Below, piece after piece: positions 11,871 to 23,600 of a stretch of DNA of 64,000 nucleotides. The position numbers were made by a program, and so were the translations under genes. Under the pieces are notes generated by a model. The model searched no databases, was not told the origin of the DNA, and saw only the letters and a program-made list of their open reading frames with translations. This DNA is from Vicugna vicugna (Eukaryota), in the NCBI GenBank assembly GCA_013265495.1, contig MU058654.1:248001-312000 (forward strand), in the 5' to 3' direction. Numbering within the stretch: position 1 is the first letter of the stretch; every line of letters begins with the position of its first letter.

Positions 11871-13032
11871 TTTGTCTCTTTCCTCTCAGTCTCCAGTAAC
11901 ACACCCAGGGAGACACTGGTTTTAGTTAGAATCCACTCAAGAGACATACTGGGAAAAGTAAGTTATTTACTTTCTGCTCTGGGTATTTTTAGCACTGACT
12001 GTTTCAAAAAACTAAAGAAAAAGAAAAAATTAAACAGACATTTTAAGAAACAAATTGTGTTGATCTAGAGATGACTCTTATACAATCTACCTAAGATATG
12101 ATCCATTCATTCACTCAGAGATACAATTTATTCATTTCTGATGTGTATGATATTAGTTTATAGATCACTAAAATAAAACATACTTAAAAAGATCACAGCG
12201 TATCTTACGTTTTACTCTATGTTTCACAACAGCCTGTGGACAGAAATAATACAGATCTGACTTGAAATATGAGGAAATTGGATAAGTACACATCCTATTT
12301 CAGAGAATTCCAGCCATGATTATACTCACTGAATTTTTTTTTAACACCGTTTCCTACCTGTGGCCTTAGAATCTTTTTATCAATGAAAAAGCGAGTACTT
12401 TCTGTTAATTACAAATGTCTGCAAGAGCCCTTGTCTCATTGGGCTGTAAAAATACACTCGGAAATAAGTGAAGAAATGTATTGCCAGAGCATATGATCTT
12501 TATTGGGATTTCATGACTGAGTAATTAAAAGATTACGTTTTGTCAGCAGTTGCTACAAAGTTCGAGTCTGAAGTCAACAGAGGATTTCATTTTCCAAGTC
12601 TACTGCTTACTTATCAGCTTTCATAGAGGAAATTTGCAAAATACTGAATACATCGCTGCCCATCAGGTTCTTTGTGACTGGGATGCTGGCTCTCCTCTTT
12701 TAAGTGTCCATAAAGATCACCTTTCACAGGGACCACAATAGAAGGGAGATGCAAATAACTGAAAGAGGAAATAACTGGACTGTGTCTTTTTATCCTATGA
12801 ATTGAATTCCTACTCCTAGTTATCATGATGCCGAGAAAGAATAGGAACCAGAGATAGTAGCAGAAAAAAACAGAGGAAAAAAAACTCATTTGCAGGCCTC
12901 TTTAGCCGTGTTGAAGTTCTCATTCATTTTTCTCAAGTATTAAACTGAAAAGGAAAAAATTTATTATTTGTAACCCACCCTTAACCCCATCTTCCACCAT
13001 AAAAACTCTTATCATGAGCAGAGAGGATCCAT

Positions 13033-13067
<35 letters not shown>

Positions 13068-13081
13068 TACACACACACACA
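13033..13081. repeat. Compound (TC)n(AC)n microsatellite
   Basis: Directly visible. Confidence 0.95.
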
Positions 13082-14105
13082 AGACAAATTATGCTGCACC
13101 GAAGTGATTCCCTGCCTTCCAGGGCTGGCTGGCAAAGAGGTTTTAGCCATAAAGACCTTAAAGGAGAAGTTCCAGTGAAGCCACTCTTCGCCAATGGGAT
13201 GAGGTGTGTTAACTGAGCCTGCCTCTGTCTCATTTACAGTATTACGTCTTTCTTCACTCTTGGCATCTGCAGAGTGTGCTGTATGCAAAGGGGCAGTTAG
13301 TTCTTGCCTCTGCTGTAATTATAATTGAGTTAAATCTCCCTGCAGAACGAACTAATGTCAAGGGAGGAAAACATACGTCTCTCCTGGAGACGGAACAGGG
13401 AAGCACATTTGTCAGTGCAGAAGGTTGCCCATCGTTGACAGACAGAAGGACAAAGGGAGTATGAGACCTGAGGAGGGAGAGGGGAGTTTTCAAGTCTGCC
13501 TTTATCCCACACTATTATACTTCTTGGTCTTTCTCTCCCTCATTCTTGAAAAAGGCCAATCGAGAAACCTAAAGATAGGGATAAAGGAAGGAGAATGCCC
13601 AGTGGGCGGGCTGAGGAGAGCCCTACACTGCTTTTTCCAAAGGCCATTTGTAGTTTATTTTAAGAGAAGTCATGTCGGTGGGACTCCTCTGGGTTCTGCA
13701 GGAAGAGGCTCTCTTTTTCTAGACCTGCGATCTGGGTATGATGTTGGGCTGAGTGGACCAGGGGCCCTGCCACAATAGCTGTCCAAAACCATTACACTGC
13801 TTCCTTCCCCCACGAGGTACTTATTGCTACAGACGTGACATCCAAGTTCATTCTGGTATCAAGGACAGAAGGCAAGTGGTCTGTTAGCCCACAGAGCCAA
13901 AAAAAGGAAGCATGAGATGCAATTCCAAAGACCCTACACTCCGCCTGCCCAGAGCCCAGGTGGGAGCACTGGTCCTCGGAGGCGGGCTTCCCAGTCCAGG
14001 GTGTGTTACCTTTTAAACATTTCAATGTATGGTATGCAGCCACCAATCATGCTCTTCCCCTGGGCTCATAAATGTTAGAGGTGGGTTTGGGAAAGCCCTT
14101 CATAA

Positions 14106-14642
14106 CGTTGCCAGAGAGGATTCTTGTCTCACACAGGAAAAATTAAAGAGTGAGGTATACTAAAGTGAAAGCGCGTTTATTTACAGAGATACACACTCCA
14201 TAGGCAGAATGTGGGGCCCATCTCGGAAGATGAGAGGGAGAGACACCGAGAGGTGTGGAGGTGTTTAATTTAAAGTTTAAAAGCAGATACACGCTCCATG
14301 GACAGATTGAGGGCCATCTCAGAAGGCGAGAGAGAGAGAGCGCCACCGCAAGGTGCAAAGTGGTTCGTTTTTATGGGCTCGGGGATTTCACATGCTAATG
14401 AGTAAAAGGATTATTCCAAGTATGCTGGGGAAGGGGCAGGGATTTCCAGGGATTTGGCCCCGCCCACTTGTTGACCTTTTAAAGTCAGCCTAGGAACTGT
14501 CATGCGCCTGTGGGTGCGTCATGAGGCTCAAGGTCTACTGGAAGTCGGATCTTCCACCATCTTGGTTCTAACCAGTTTATCCGGTCTCAACTACTGGGCA
14601 TTCCTTCAGTGGTTGTGCCCTGCCCTCTTCCCTCCGGTCTCA
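14106..14642 (-). mobile_element. ERV1-type solo LTR, lineage-specific
   Basis: Ends cgttg...tctca (TGAGA...CAACG on - strand); AATAAA on - strand at 14176-14181; imperfect 4-bp TSD ataa/gtaa; CpG retained. Confidence 0.8.
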
Positions 14643-14934
14643 GTAACTCTCGGTCGAAACTGAAACTGATAGCAATTAACTCTAAATCACAATTAGTCAT
14701 GGTCTCTGAACTGTTTGTAAATCCATAATTTAAAAGCATATGTTTTTAGTAATTGTCCAAGAAGTATATGCAAACAGTGTGTCTGCATGTGGATGAAAAA
14801 CACATCTAAACTGTTGAGGGGGGCAACCCCTATTTAAATGATCTCCAATTGAGTGTCTTCAATCAACCACAGCATAGTGATTGATGGTAATGATAGTAAT
14901 GATAATAATAATATAATAGTATTATTATTTTGAA

Positions 14935-15172
14935 ATTGCTATTTCTTAAGCATTCACTAGGCTCTAGTTCTAAGGACTTTACACAGAGTAACTCAGTTAA
15001 TCTTCACAACTACCCTCTAATATCATTATTCATCACCATTTTATAAAAGAGATCATCTAAGCACAGAGAGGTGAAGGAATTGACCCAATGTCACACAGCT
15101 CAGAATTTCGAAACAAGGATTCAACTGCAGGCAATTTAACTCCAGAACACGGGCTCCTAAGTAAATACGCTG
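14935..15172 (-). mobile_element. MIR SINE
   Basis: 'aatcttcacaactaccct...gcacagagaggtgaaggaattgacccaatgtcacacagct'. Confidence 0.85.
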
Positions 15173-15699
15173 TCAAGTAACAGCCTGAGGAGGTGGATTT
15201 AAAAGCATCTGAGGAATTTTGAAACGTAGTTCCAAACTGCATCACCTAAGCTCAGTGGGGATATACTGTCCCACTGAGAAAATAAATTTCAGTGAACTGA
15301 GTCCCACCAGGTCCTATCTAGATACTGTCTGGAAACATTGATCTCATGGTGATGTTATTCTATCAGGACTAGATCAGGAGTTTTGTCCCTGAGAGAAAAA
15401 ATTTAAGGAGAGTGGTATAATCAAAAGGGAAGCAGAGAAAAATAGAGAACGACCAGGCGGGCTGGGGTCTCATTTTTACAAAGGAATAAAGAACCACTGA
15501 GTCAAATCCTGGTTTGTTGTTCTTAACTGGAGGCATCTTTGGGACAAAACGTCTGCAAACTGAAGCTTAACATCAGAATCATCCCCTCCCTGTTCTCACC
15601 AGTCAGGAAACAAGCTGAAACGGGGAAGAGGGTGACTGAAAAAGCCAAGCCAAATTGAGAATGAGCTCTCAGTTTTATATTCTCCTTGGCTTTTCAGAG

Positions 15700-15915
15700 G
15701 AGAGCCGTGATGAAATTCTAGGGTGGGGTGCTGAAGTCACATAGTCCCAGGTCCACCCTGGCTCCTCTGACATGAACTTGGCAAGTCACTACAACTTGGT
15801 AGAATGGGGATGGTCCTTACACCCAGCTCACGCTACTGCAGGATGATTAAATGAGCGAGATGATGCATGCAAAGTGCTTAAGACAGAAATCTGGCACAAA
15901 GCAAGGATACAGTAA
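15700..15915 (+). mobile_element. MIR SINE
   Basis: 'aacttggcaagtcact...gattaaatgag...gatgcatgcaaagtgcttaagacag'. Confidence 0.75.
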
Positions 15916-16309
15916 CCTGGGTCAAGACTCTGGGAAGGATGCTTGCCTCCGACTCTCCTCTTTAATCCCCTCCATCAGCTTCCTCAGCCAGTCGTTTGGC
16001 TCAACCTTCAACATGTGCACAGTTGAACTCTCCCTCATCTCTTGCAAAATGATCATGACCATCCAAGCCACAACGTCTCTTGCTTAGACAATTGTAATAA
16101 CCTCCTAACTGGCCTCCTGCTTTTCCCTTGTCTCTTGCAGACAATTCTCAGAACAGTCAGCACATTCAGTTAAAATATTCAACTGTATCACTCCAGTCCA
16201 CTCCCCAAAAGTCTCTAGTAGTTTTGCATCTACAAAGACTTCAGTACGTCCCATCCGGCATCACTCCTTTCTTTCTGGTTTCAACTCCTACAACTCCCCT
16301 GGCCACACC

Positions 16310-16942
16310 CATCAAAGATCCTCTCCTTAATCAAACGCCAGTCAAGCTCCTCTGAGTCCTTTCTCATGGAGGCCTCCACTTTGGCCAATTAAGACTTGAA
16401 CAAATGATAACATCACTTCTAACAGCTCAAGGTCACATCCTGAGGATAACCCTAGCCCTGCCTGAGAAGATTCAAGGTTGCCAAAAGAATACACTATCAG
16501 TTCCAGATCTGAAGAGAGAGGGTCCCCGTCTCCCTGCTTCTATGGGAGGGGAGGAGCCTGACTCACAGAAGCAGCAGGTAGCAAACCCAGATGGGTTTCA
16601 CCTGGACCGACCCCCTTCCCACTTTTTGTAATTTTTCATGTCCCTGACTCTACTGAGCCCCCACTTGCCTCCTTCCTAATCCCTCCTTCTCCCTTTAAAC
16701 TGAAGTTCAGTTCAGGTGACACTGGCCCCTTTTCCCTGGTGCAATGGCATATTATTGATTTAACTTTGTCCTTACCACATTAGCTAGCACCGGCTTCCTT
16801 TATCAATTTTTTTTGGGGGGGTGGTAATTAGGTTTATTTGTTTATTTATTTTTTGGTGGAGGTGAACCCAGAACCTCGTGCATGCTAAGCAGGCGCTCTA
16901 CCACTGAGCTATACCCTCCCCCTGGCTTCCTTTATCTTTGAC
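16310..16942 (+). mobile_element. ERV1 solo LTR (MER39/MER21-group-like)
   Basis: 'gtcaagctcctctgag', 'tagcaaacccagatgggtttcac', terminal 'ctttatctttgac'; interrupts L2. Confidence 0.6.
16805..16923 (-). mobile_element. tRNA-Ala-derived camelid SINE (Vic-1 type)
   Basis: Reverse complement 'ggggagggtatagctcagtggtagagcgcctgcttagcatgcacgaggttctgggttca...aaataaacctaattacc'; perfect 13-bp TSD ggcttcctttatc at 16792-16804 and 16924-16936. Confidence 0.9.
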
Positions 16943-17762
16943 GCCTACTGCCCTCCAGTCACCCTGGGCACCAGACGTTCTCAGACCCACCAGGCCCAAG
17001 CCTTGTCTTAACGCCTTGTCACCTGCTCTGCCCACTGGAAGGCCCTTCCTGGTCACAGCTACATGGCTTCCCTTCCTCCCTCCGGTCTTTGCTCAGATGT
17101 CCACCTCTCATGGAAGCCCTGCCTGACACCCTCAGAAGTGCCTGTTGTCCTCCTTGCTTTGTTAATTTTCCCCCCTAATCCGCCCCAGCCCCAGGCACAC
17201 TGCATGGACTGCATGTGTGTATTTTGGGTTTATCTCCCCTCCCTAGGTTGCAGGCTCTCTGAGGACCAGGATTTGTTCATGATGATATGCCCGGTGCCTG
17301 GCACACAGTAGGCCCTTAATAAACGTGTGTCAGATAAAATAAACTAGCGAGTATTAGCAACTGTTATTTTCCAACAAATATTATTTTTAGTTGGTAGTAA
17401 ATAGCGAACTGGCCAATAAACCAATTCAGCCAAAATGGAAGCAATCTGAAGTGAGAACCAGAGCACAGGATGTGAGTCGCCCATCTGCCTCAAGAATCCA
17501 CTTAAAGGAACATCTGAGGAGAGGAAAAAAGTGAAAAAGAGGACTCCTGATGTCTGCATTAAGAGAAAAGTGAACACTTCAGTATGGGAACCACAATGGA
17601 AAGGGTTTCAGAACATATCGGAAAACATTTTTCTCTTGTGGCTTTCACTCTAACCATGTTTTTCAAAGCAGCCATTCTGACAAACTGCTATTTTGCTGTA
17701 TTTACAGGGGGTGATTTTACCCTCCCCTTCAGTCCCTAAAAGTCCCAGAAAACAACGGTTGT

Positions 17763-17861
17763 GAGGAGTGCGTAGAGCTTAGTGGTAGAGGGCATGCTTT
17801 ACATGCACAAGGTCCTGGGTTCAATCCCCAGTACCTCCATTTACAAAAAAAAAAAAAAAAA
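17763..17861 (+). mobile_element. tRNA-Ala-derived SINE (Vic-1 type, short form with polyA)
   Basis: A box 'agcttagtgg', B box 'ggttcaatcc', 'ccagtacctcca' then polyA. Confidence 0.85.
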
Positions 17862-18317
17862 GTGGTCATCACAGTAACCTCAAGATTGGTGGAAAAGAAA
17901 AATTCTGTCCACTTATTTAGTTTATTTCAGCAAAGAACTGAGTCACTGTATCGTGTGGCAAGGGTTATTTATTATTTGTTTTGTGCTACTTATCACATCG
18001 GATTACAGCCCAGGTGGACAACCCTGAAAGTGTCAGCCTTTCCCAGGGAAGCACGTAGCATCAGTCCACACCGACACCAGAAAAGCAGGTGACCTGGACA
18101 GTGGAGACGAGATCTCCTGTTCCAGGGAAGGCATTTCTCTGTGAAACTCGGAGATGAAATTGAAACCAGGTAATGAGGATGACTGAATCAGAAAACAGAC
18201 TTGCTGTTACCTGGTTCCCAATTTTATCCCCAAGTTTCACAGGGAAATGCCTTCCCTGGGACAGGAGCTCTCGTCTCCACTGTCCAGGTCACCTGCTTTC
18301 CTTGTGTCTGTGTGGAC

Positions 18318-18595
18318 TGATGATTACTGGGAGGAAAGGGGGTGGGAAGGCATAAATTGGGAGTTCGAGATTTGCAGATCCTAACTAATATGTATATAAA
18401 ATAGATAAACAACACATTCCTACAGTACAGCACAGGGAACTATATTCACTATCTTGTAGTAACTTATGGTGAAAAAGAATATGAGGATGAATGTATGTAT
18501 GTTCATGTATGACTGAAGCATTGTGCTGTACACCAGAAATTGACACATGTAAACTGACTATACTTCAATAAACATATATATATATACAAAAAAAA
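18318..18595 (+). mobile_element. LINE-1 3'UTR fragment (lineage-specific)
   Basis: Homologous to 9105-9370: 'gggagttcgagatttgcag...agcacagggaactatattca...aactgactatacttcaat'. Confidence 0.9.
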
Positions 18596-19494
18596 TCTAA
18601 TTCATTACAGAGATTTCCATTTCTCAGAGAAAGAAAACCTCCATGTCTGGATTGTGTCTCTGGCCTCAGGAGTTAATGACCCACCCAGTGTCTACACTCA
18701 AAGTACATCACACCCCTGGGAGTCTACATCCACTCACCACCCCGGGCCAGATGCAGCACACCACCTCTTTAACGCACAGGGATGTTGTCAGGCACCATGA
18801 CAAGCCATCTGAATCATGAACACAATTGCAGGGTGTGAATGAGACAGCCGCCTGCCCCCATCTTACAATCAGAAATTGAGGCAAAATAGTCCTTTGAAGC
18901 TGCGCTCTCTGTCCTGTTGTAAATCTCAGTGTCACGGATGAGAGAGCTTCCCTTTACCTGCCAGGTGGCACCTGACCTGTCACCTGTCACCAAGGCCCGT
19001 TTGCAGTGACTAAATCCTAGTCTAAAACTTCCACATCTGTCTGAGGGCCGAAGATGGAAACCCGATCCCTCTAAAAGTCAGCAGAGCTCCTTCCAGAGGG
19101 AAGGAAAGGCACCTGGGCTCTCCTGCCTGGATCCCAGGTTCACCTTCTCCATTCAGGGCCGTGATTACTGTGGTTCCCTCGGCTTCGGAGCCAGAGCACC
19201 CAGCCTGCGCAATGCCCCATCCTCGCTCTCCACGCGCACTGAGCTATTTATAACTGCAGGATGCCAGACTTGCGCTGAGCCCCGTGACACCTGCAGAAAG
19301 TTGCACGGTTATTTTAGCAGTCTCCATCCAAGAACCGGCAGACACAGCTCGTCCTTTTCAGGTGGGGGTGGGGGCAGTGAGTGCTCAGGAAGAGGAAGAT
19401 TGTAATGTTGGTTTGGGGATTTGATTTTTTTTTTTTCAACCTGGGCTGCCACAGGGAAATCTTAAAGGGACTCGATTTTTCTCAACATCCCCGC

Positions 19495-19800
19495 GCCCAG
19501 CTGTCTTGATGAGTAGCTGTGCGTATGCTGGTCAGATCTGGGGATTAATGACGGCTAATTTGCCCGAGGTTGGTGCAGCCCAGACAGCAGACTCTGCACG
19601 GCCAGCTTTGGCTGCCATATGGGCAGAAGCAGCTGTTTCAATTACGTTCTGTGCCCAGATGTGTCAGACGAGCCACCAGCCCTCTGTGGGGTACATCAGC
19701 CGCTGGGCAGCTAATTGCTTCAATCACTGTGGAAGTGCGATGCTGGAGACTGTGAAAGGGGGTCTAGGGGACAGCCGAGTGCCAGCTGTCATCACAGCTC
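19495..19800. promoter_or_regulatory. Putative developmental (neural-type) enhancer
   Basis: Repeat-free; five E-boxes, GGATTA and three TAATT cores within 300 bp (see findings). Confidence 0.45.
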
Positions 19801-21172
19801 ACAAGACCTGCAAGCCGAGAGACTGTGACTAGACTTCGGCTCCCACTGGTGACTAGAGGACACCAGGGCTGGCTGTGTTTGTCACATGCCCACCACGCAA
19901 GGATGGGCAGAGGCAGGTAACGCGCCCTGGGCTCTGGTGTGTCTCCCACTCCATAGACCATATATGCTGAGAGCACTGGGGACTTGGGGCTCTGCTCTGC
20001 ATCCCAAAGAAATAGAAATTTACAAGATTTCAATGAACATGCAGTTCGGGAGGGTGATTTGAGTCTGAAACTTCAAGGCACATTTTTAAAGGTTAGCATC
20101 TGGGTCCTGGCGTGCAGACAGTGATGAGTGAACCAGTGTGTACGTTAGGCTTTCTAGTGTATCAGACTGAGGCAAGAGGGGAAGGGAAATCAAAGGTCAG
20201 CTCCCACCCACTCCCCCTGCACGCTCCTTGGTTCTTGGGAAAAGAAATCAGAAACCTCAGGCCAAGTTGTAACGTCCCATTGTTTGCAGCAGGAGCCATG
20301 GGGAGAAAACCTGGGATAAACAGGCAGCTATTAGCATCATCATAATACCTCTATTTAGCAAGAATAAACATTTGTTTTGTGCTAATTCTATGGTAATCAG
20401 GGTGATTGTACTGTACTTAGCTGCTGGTGTTGCCATGGTTATTGCATGCAGAGTGCAGTTAATTAATGGCCTAGAATAATCCGCAGCGCTGAGTATGACA
20501 CCTTTCCCCAAACTCGAGTATTAACTTCTCTGCTACACCCCAACCATCTTGGAGCCCCAGACAAGTTTGCTTGTTCTCAGTTTTGGATTATGCGGCATCT
20601 CATCTGTGTTATGAAATGGTTATCTCCCTTTCTTCACCTTGCTTCTCTTCAAAAACCCCTTTCTAACCCAGCTTATGATGTAATTAACAACTCAGCCTTT
20701 TCCAGGTTGATCTATTGATGGGTGTGTATGAATGCAACTCATCCAAAGCACATGTATTGAGGGGACAGGTACATGATCTGCATCGAAGAGCTGTTCTTAA
20801 GTAGCCGGGCCACGGAGCCTGTGAACTGCCCATCTGGGGCCAAGTAAACCAGAGTTGACATAAAGACGTACATCTCTGAATTGAGTCATCCTTGATTCTA
20901 TAACATAATCCCTGATTCTCACTCTCCAGCTGAACACTCAACCTAAGTCACAATACACTCCTTCTGTTATTAATTACGAGCGGTGATGGTGTGTTGGTGG
21001 TGCTGGTGTATGTTCCTGTGTGTTTAAGTTGATAACATCAAAAACTATGTTTCTTAAGAAAAACATACCAGAACTCTGGGACACTGAGTGCAAATGAGCA
21101 TCGATCAAAATATTTGCGCTCATGAGCACTAGACAAATTGTATCAGCTCTTCCTAAAATCAGGATGATGTCA

Positions 21173-21705
21173 TGTGTTTCAGCTATCTGTTGCTGCATAA
21201 CAACTAATTTTGAGACTTTGCAACATAAAACCAGAATGCCTTCCTACTCCTGTTGCTTCTGGGGTTGGCCTGGGCAGTTCTGTTCCCACAGCGTTCCCGG
21301 GGACCCCTCAGGAGGGGGCAGTCAGCTGATGCTGGGTTGGGCTGTAAGGTCTCCCACACCGACGTGGGCTTGGTTCTCACCTTGGGTGGGAACTGGCTCT
21401 CCTGCCCACAGCCTCTCCCTCTAGATGGTACCCTGCCTCCAGGACCTCCCCATATGGCCTCTTTCCACTAGGGGAGCCCAAGCACCCTTGTTGACAACTT
21501 AATTCCAAAAGAAAAAAAAAAAAAACAATTCAGAATATTCTAAACCTCTTGAGGTCTTCAGCCTGGAGCTGTCACGGGGCGTGTGGTCACAGCTGTCCAG
21601 GTTCAAGGTTGGAAAAGACACGTCAGTTCTGCACAGGAGGACGGCCTGAATGTACAACAGGGGGGCTGGGAGAGGACTGCAGCAACTACTTTGAAGATCC
21701 CCCTA
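21173..21705 (-). mobile_element. MaLR solo LTR (MLT1 group)
   Basis: 'cagctatctgttgctgcataacaact', 'ggcctgggcagttct', 'ccaggttcaagg'. Confidence 0.7.
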
Positions 21706-21812
21706 GTTGTGTGTGTGTTCAGAGTGAGGATGGGAAAGTGGGGAATGAAGAGGTTCTATTTGAAATAAGCAAATAAGTTAGACTGTCCTTATATTAATTT
21801 CATGCCATTTTT

Positions 21813-21905
21813 AATACATATTTTTATTGAAGTATAGTCAGTTTGCAATGTTGTGTCAATTTCTGGCGTACGGCACAATGCTTCAGTCATAGAGGAACAT
21901 ACATG
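21813..21905 (-). mobile_element. LINE-1 extreme 3' tip
   Basis: 'ttattgaagtatagtcagtttgcaatgttgtgtc'; TSD tcatgccattttt at 21800-21812 and 21906-21918. Confidence 0.9.
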
Positions 21906-22504
21906 TCATGCCATTTTTTAAAAGAAACGAAACAAACCCCCCAATACCTTTTAATTCATAGTATTATCCTCTGATTTATTGGAATACATAGAACATTTTT
22001 TTAAAATGAGATTCTTTTAAAAACTCTCTTCTGAAAATGGCCAAGTGGTATTGATTAGAATATTTTCCATGTCTTTCGTTTCCCTTTGCCTAGTATGAAT
22101 GGAAAAGCATCGTTTGCTTTATAAGAGAGATGCCGAATTGCCCTTCATAGGTGACTAGAGGGAGAAATTCTCCTCTCAGTGTTCTCATTCATGTCTGCCC
22201 AGCCCTTGCAGAGCTGAGAGGCCGTATTGATGCTCTGGTGGCTGTTTGTTCCTTGAGGCCAGCCAGCATCCTCCTGGGAAAAGGCTACCTCCATCTGACT
22301 GGGGCGTCAGCTATAGATCAGGAGTGACCCCGTTATCAAAGCCACACGCATCCTGGGTGGTTGCAGTCATTTAGGTGAGTAATCCTCTGAGAAACTGTGC
22401 CCTTAGCTACAGCAAAGAAAACAAAGCTGGCAACGTCTCCAAACTCTGGACTGATTCAACTTGAAACTTTTAAACCACCGGAATCAAAAAGTAACCATTA
22501 TGCA

Positions 22505-22657
22505 CCCTTCGTGGTACTTATCCAAAGCTGCACATTAGAATCATCTGGGAGGTACCGAAGAAAGACAAAACAAAAAGCCGATTGTTGGGGACCCATCCTG
22601 GGCCAACTGAATTAGAGTCTCTGGGCGGATGGCAGCCGGTATTGATAATGTTTAAAG
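22505..22657. mobile_element. MER5-type hAT-Charlie fragment
   Basis: 'gctgcacattagaatcatctgggag...ccaactgaattagagtctctggg'. Confidence 0.6.
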
Positions 22658-22852
22658 GAAATTAGAGGAAAGAATTGTCCAGTTGTTCATGATTTTAACT
22701 TTGATTTCAAAATAAAATTTTGTATTAGATAGATTTGTGTTCAAATCTCAGCACTCTCTTTCACCGTTTTATTGATAATAAATAACGTTTATAGATTGCA
22801 GATTCTATGCTAGGCATAATACTGAGTTCTTTACGTATATTGTCATTGCTTG

Positions 22853-23600
22853 TGTTGTCAGTGATTAGGTTCTTGTCTCAGAGAAAATTCAGAGACAAGA
22901 CACAAAAGTTAAGAGAGTAAAGTGAGGATTTATTAAGGGATAGGATGCTCTCAAGGGAAGAGCGGGCAGACTCAGGTGAGCAGCTGCCCTGAGTTTCCTT
23001 GGCAAGTTGGTTACATAGAGTGTACAGCCAGACTAGGTGAATCTGATTTTCTGTGATTCTTCTGGTTCTTCTGGACTATCCCTATTCCAAATGAAAGTTT
23101 CCGGGATTCCCTGTCACTGCTCTAGCGTTAGGGTAAGGACAAAACATGCTGATCTTCTACAAAGACCATGACCCAGCACAGAAAGGGCTTCATTTCATAC
23201 AAATATTATGTTTTGATAACAGAAAACTCTAATACTTGCAAATAAAGCAAACACATAAAAGGGATAGAGTAAGATTTATCATCAATTTAGGGACATGTCT
23301 AATAAGCTTATTGGAGGGTATTCTGGTCATTTATTACTGCTTAGGGCTCAGATACGTTGCAACCTTTTAAAGATCAATGTTTGATTGTAGAAAACTGATA
23401 AACTCTAAATGATTTTTTTCCCAATTGCAGCACAAATGATGGCTCAATAGTAATGCAAATGGTTTCTGTCTTCTAATGATGAAAATGCCTTCTGTTCAGT
23501 AAAAAGGTGACCCTTTTTTAAAAGTTTATAGCTTAATTGCCCCATATCATATCAACCATTATTCGTCTACTTTAACAATGCTGTGTCCAGCGTTTGTTTT
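22853..23600 (-). mobile_element. ERV1-type solo LTR inserted in a MIR
   Basis: Starts tgttg (CAACA on -); AATAAA on - near 22928; 22853-23025 is homologous to 32040-32229; MIR halves on both sides; right boundary approximate. Confidence 0.65.

Larger units (their letters stand above)
15945..17345 (+). mobile_element. L2a 3' part, interrupted by an LTR and a SINE
   Basis: 'aataacctcctaactggcctcctgc' before the insertion; terminal 'gtgcctggcacacagtaggcccttaataaac' after it. Confidence 0.8.

Noticed and set aside
17763..17840. tRNA-Ala-like sequence (also 16860-16923 and 39778-39848)
   Set aside because: Mutated stems, polyA/AT tails and, for one copy, a TSD show these are retroposed copies, not functional tRNA genes.
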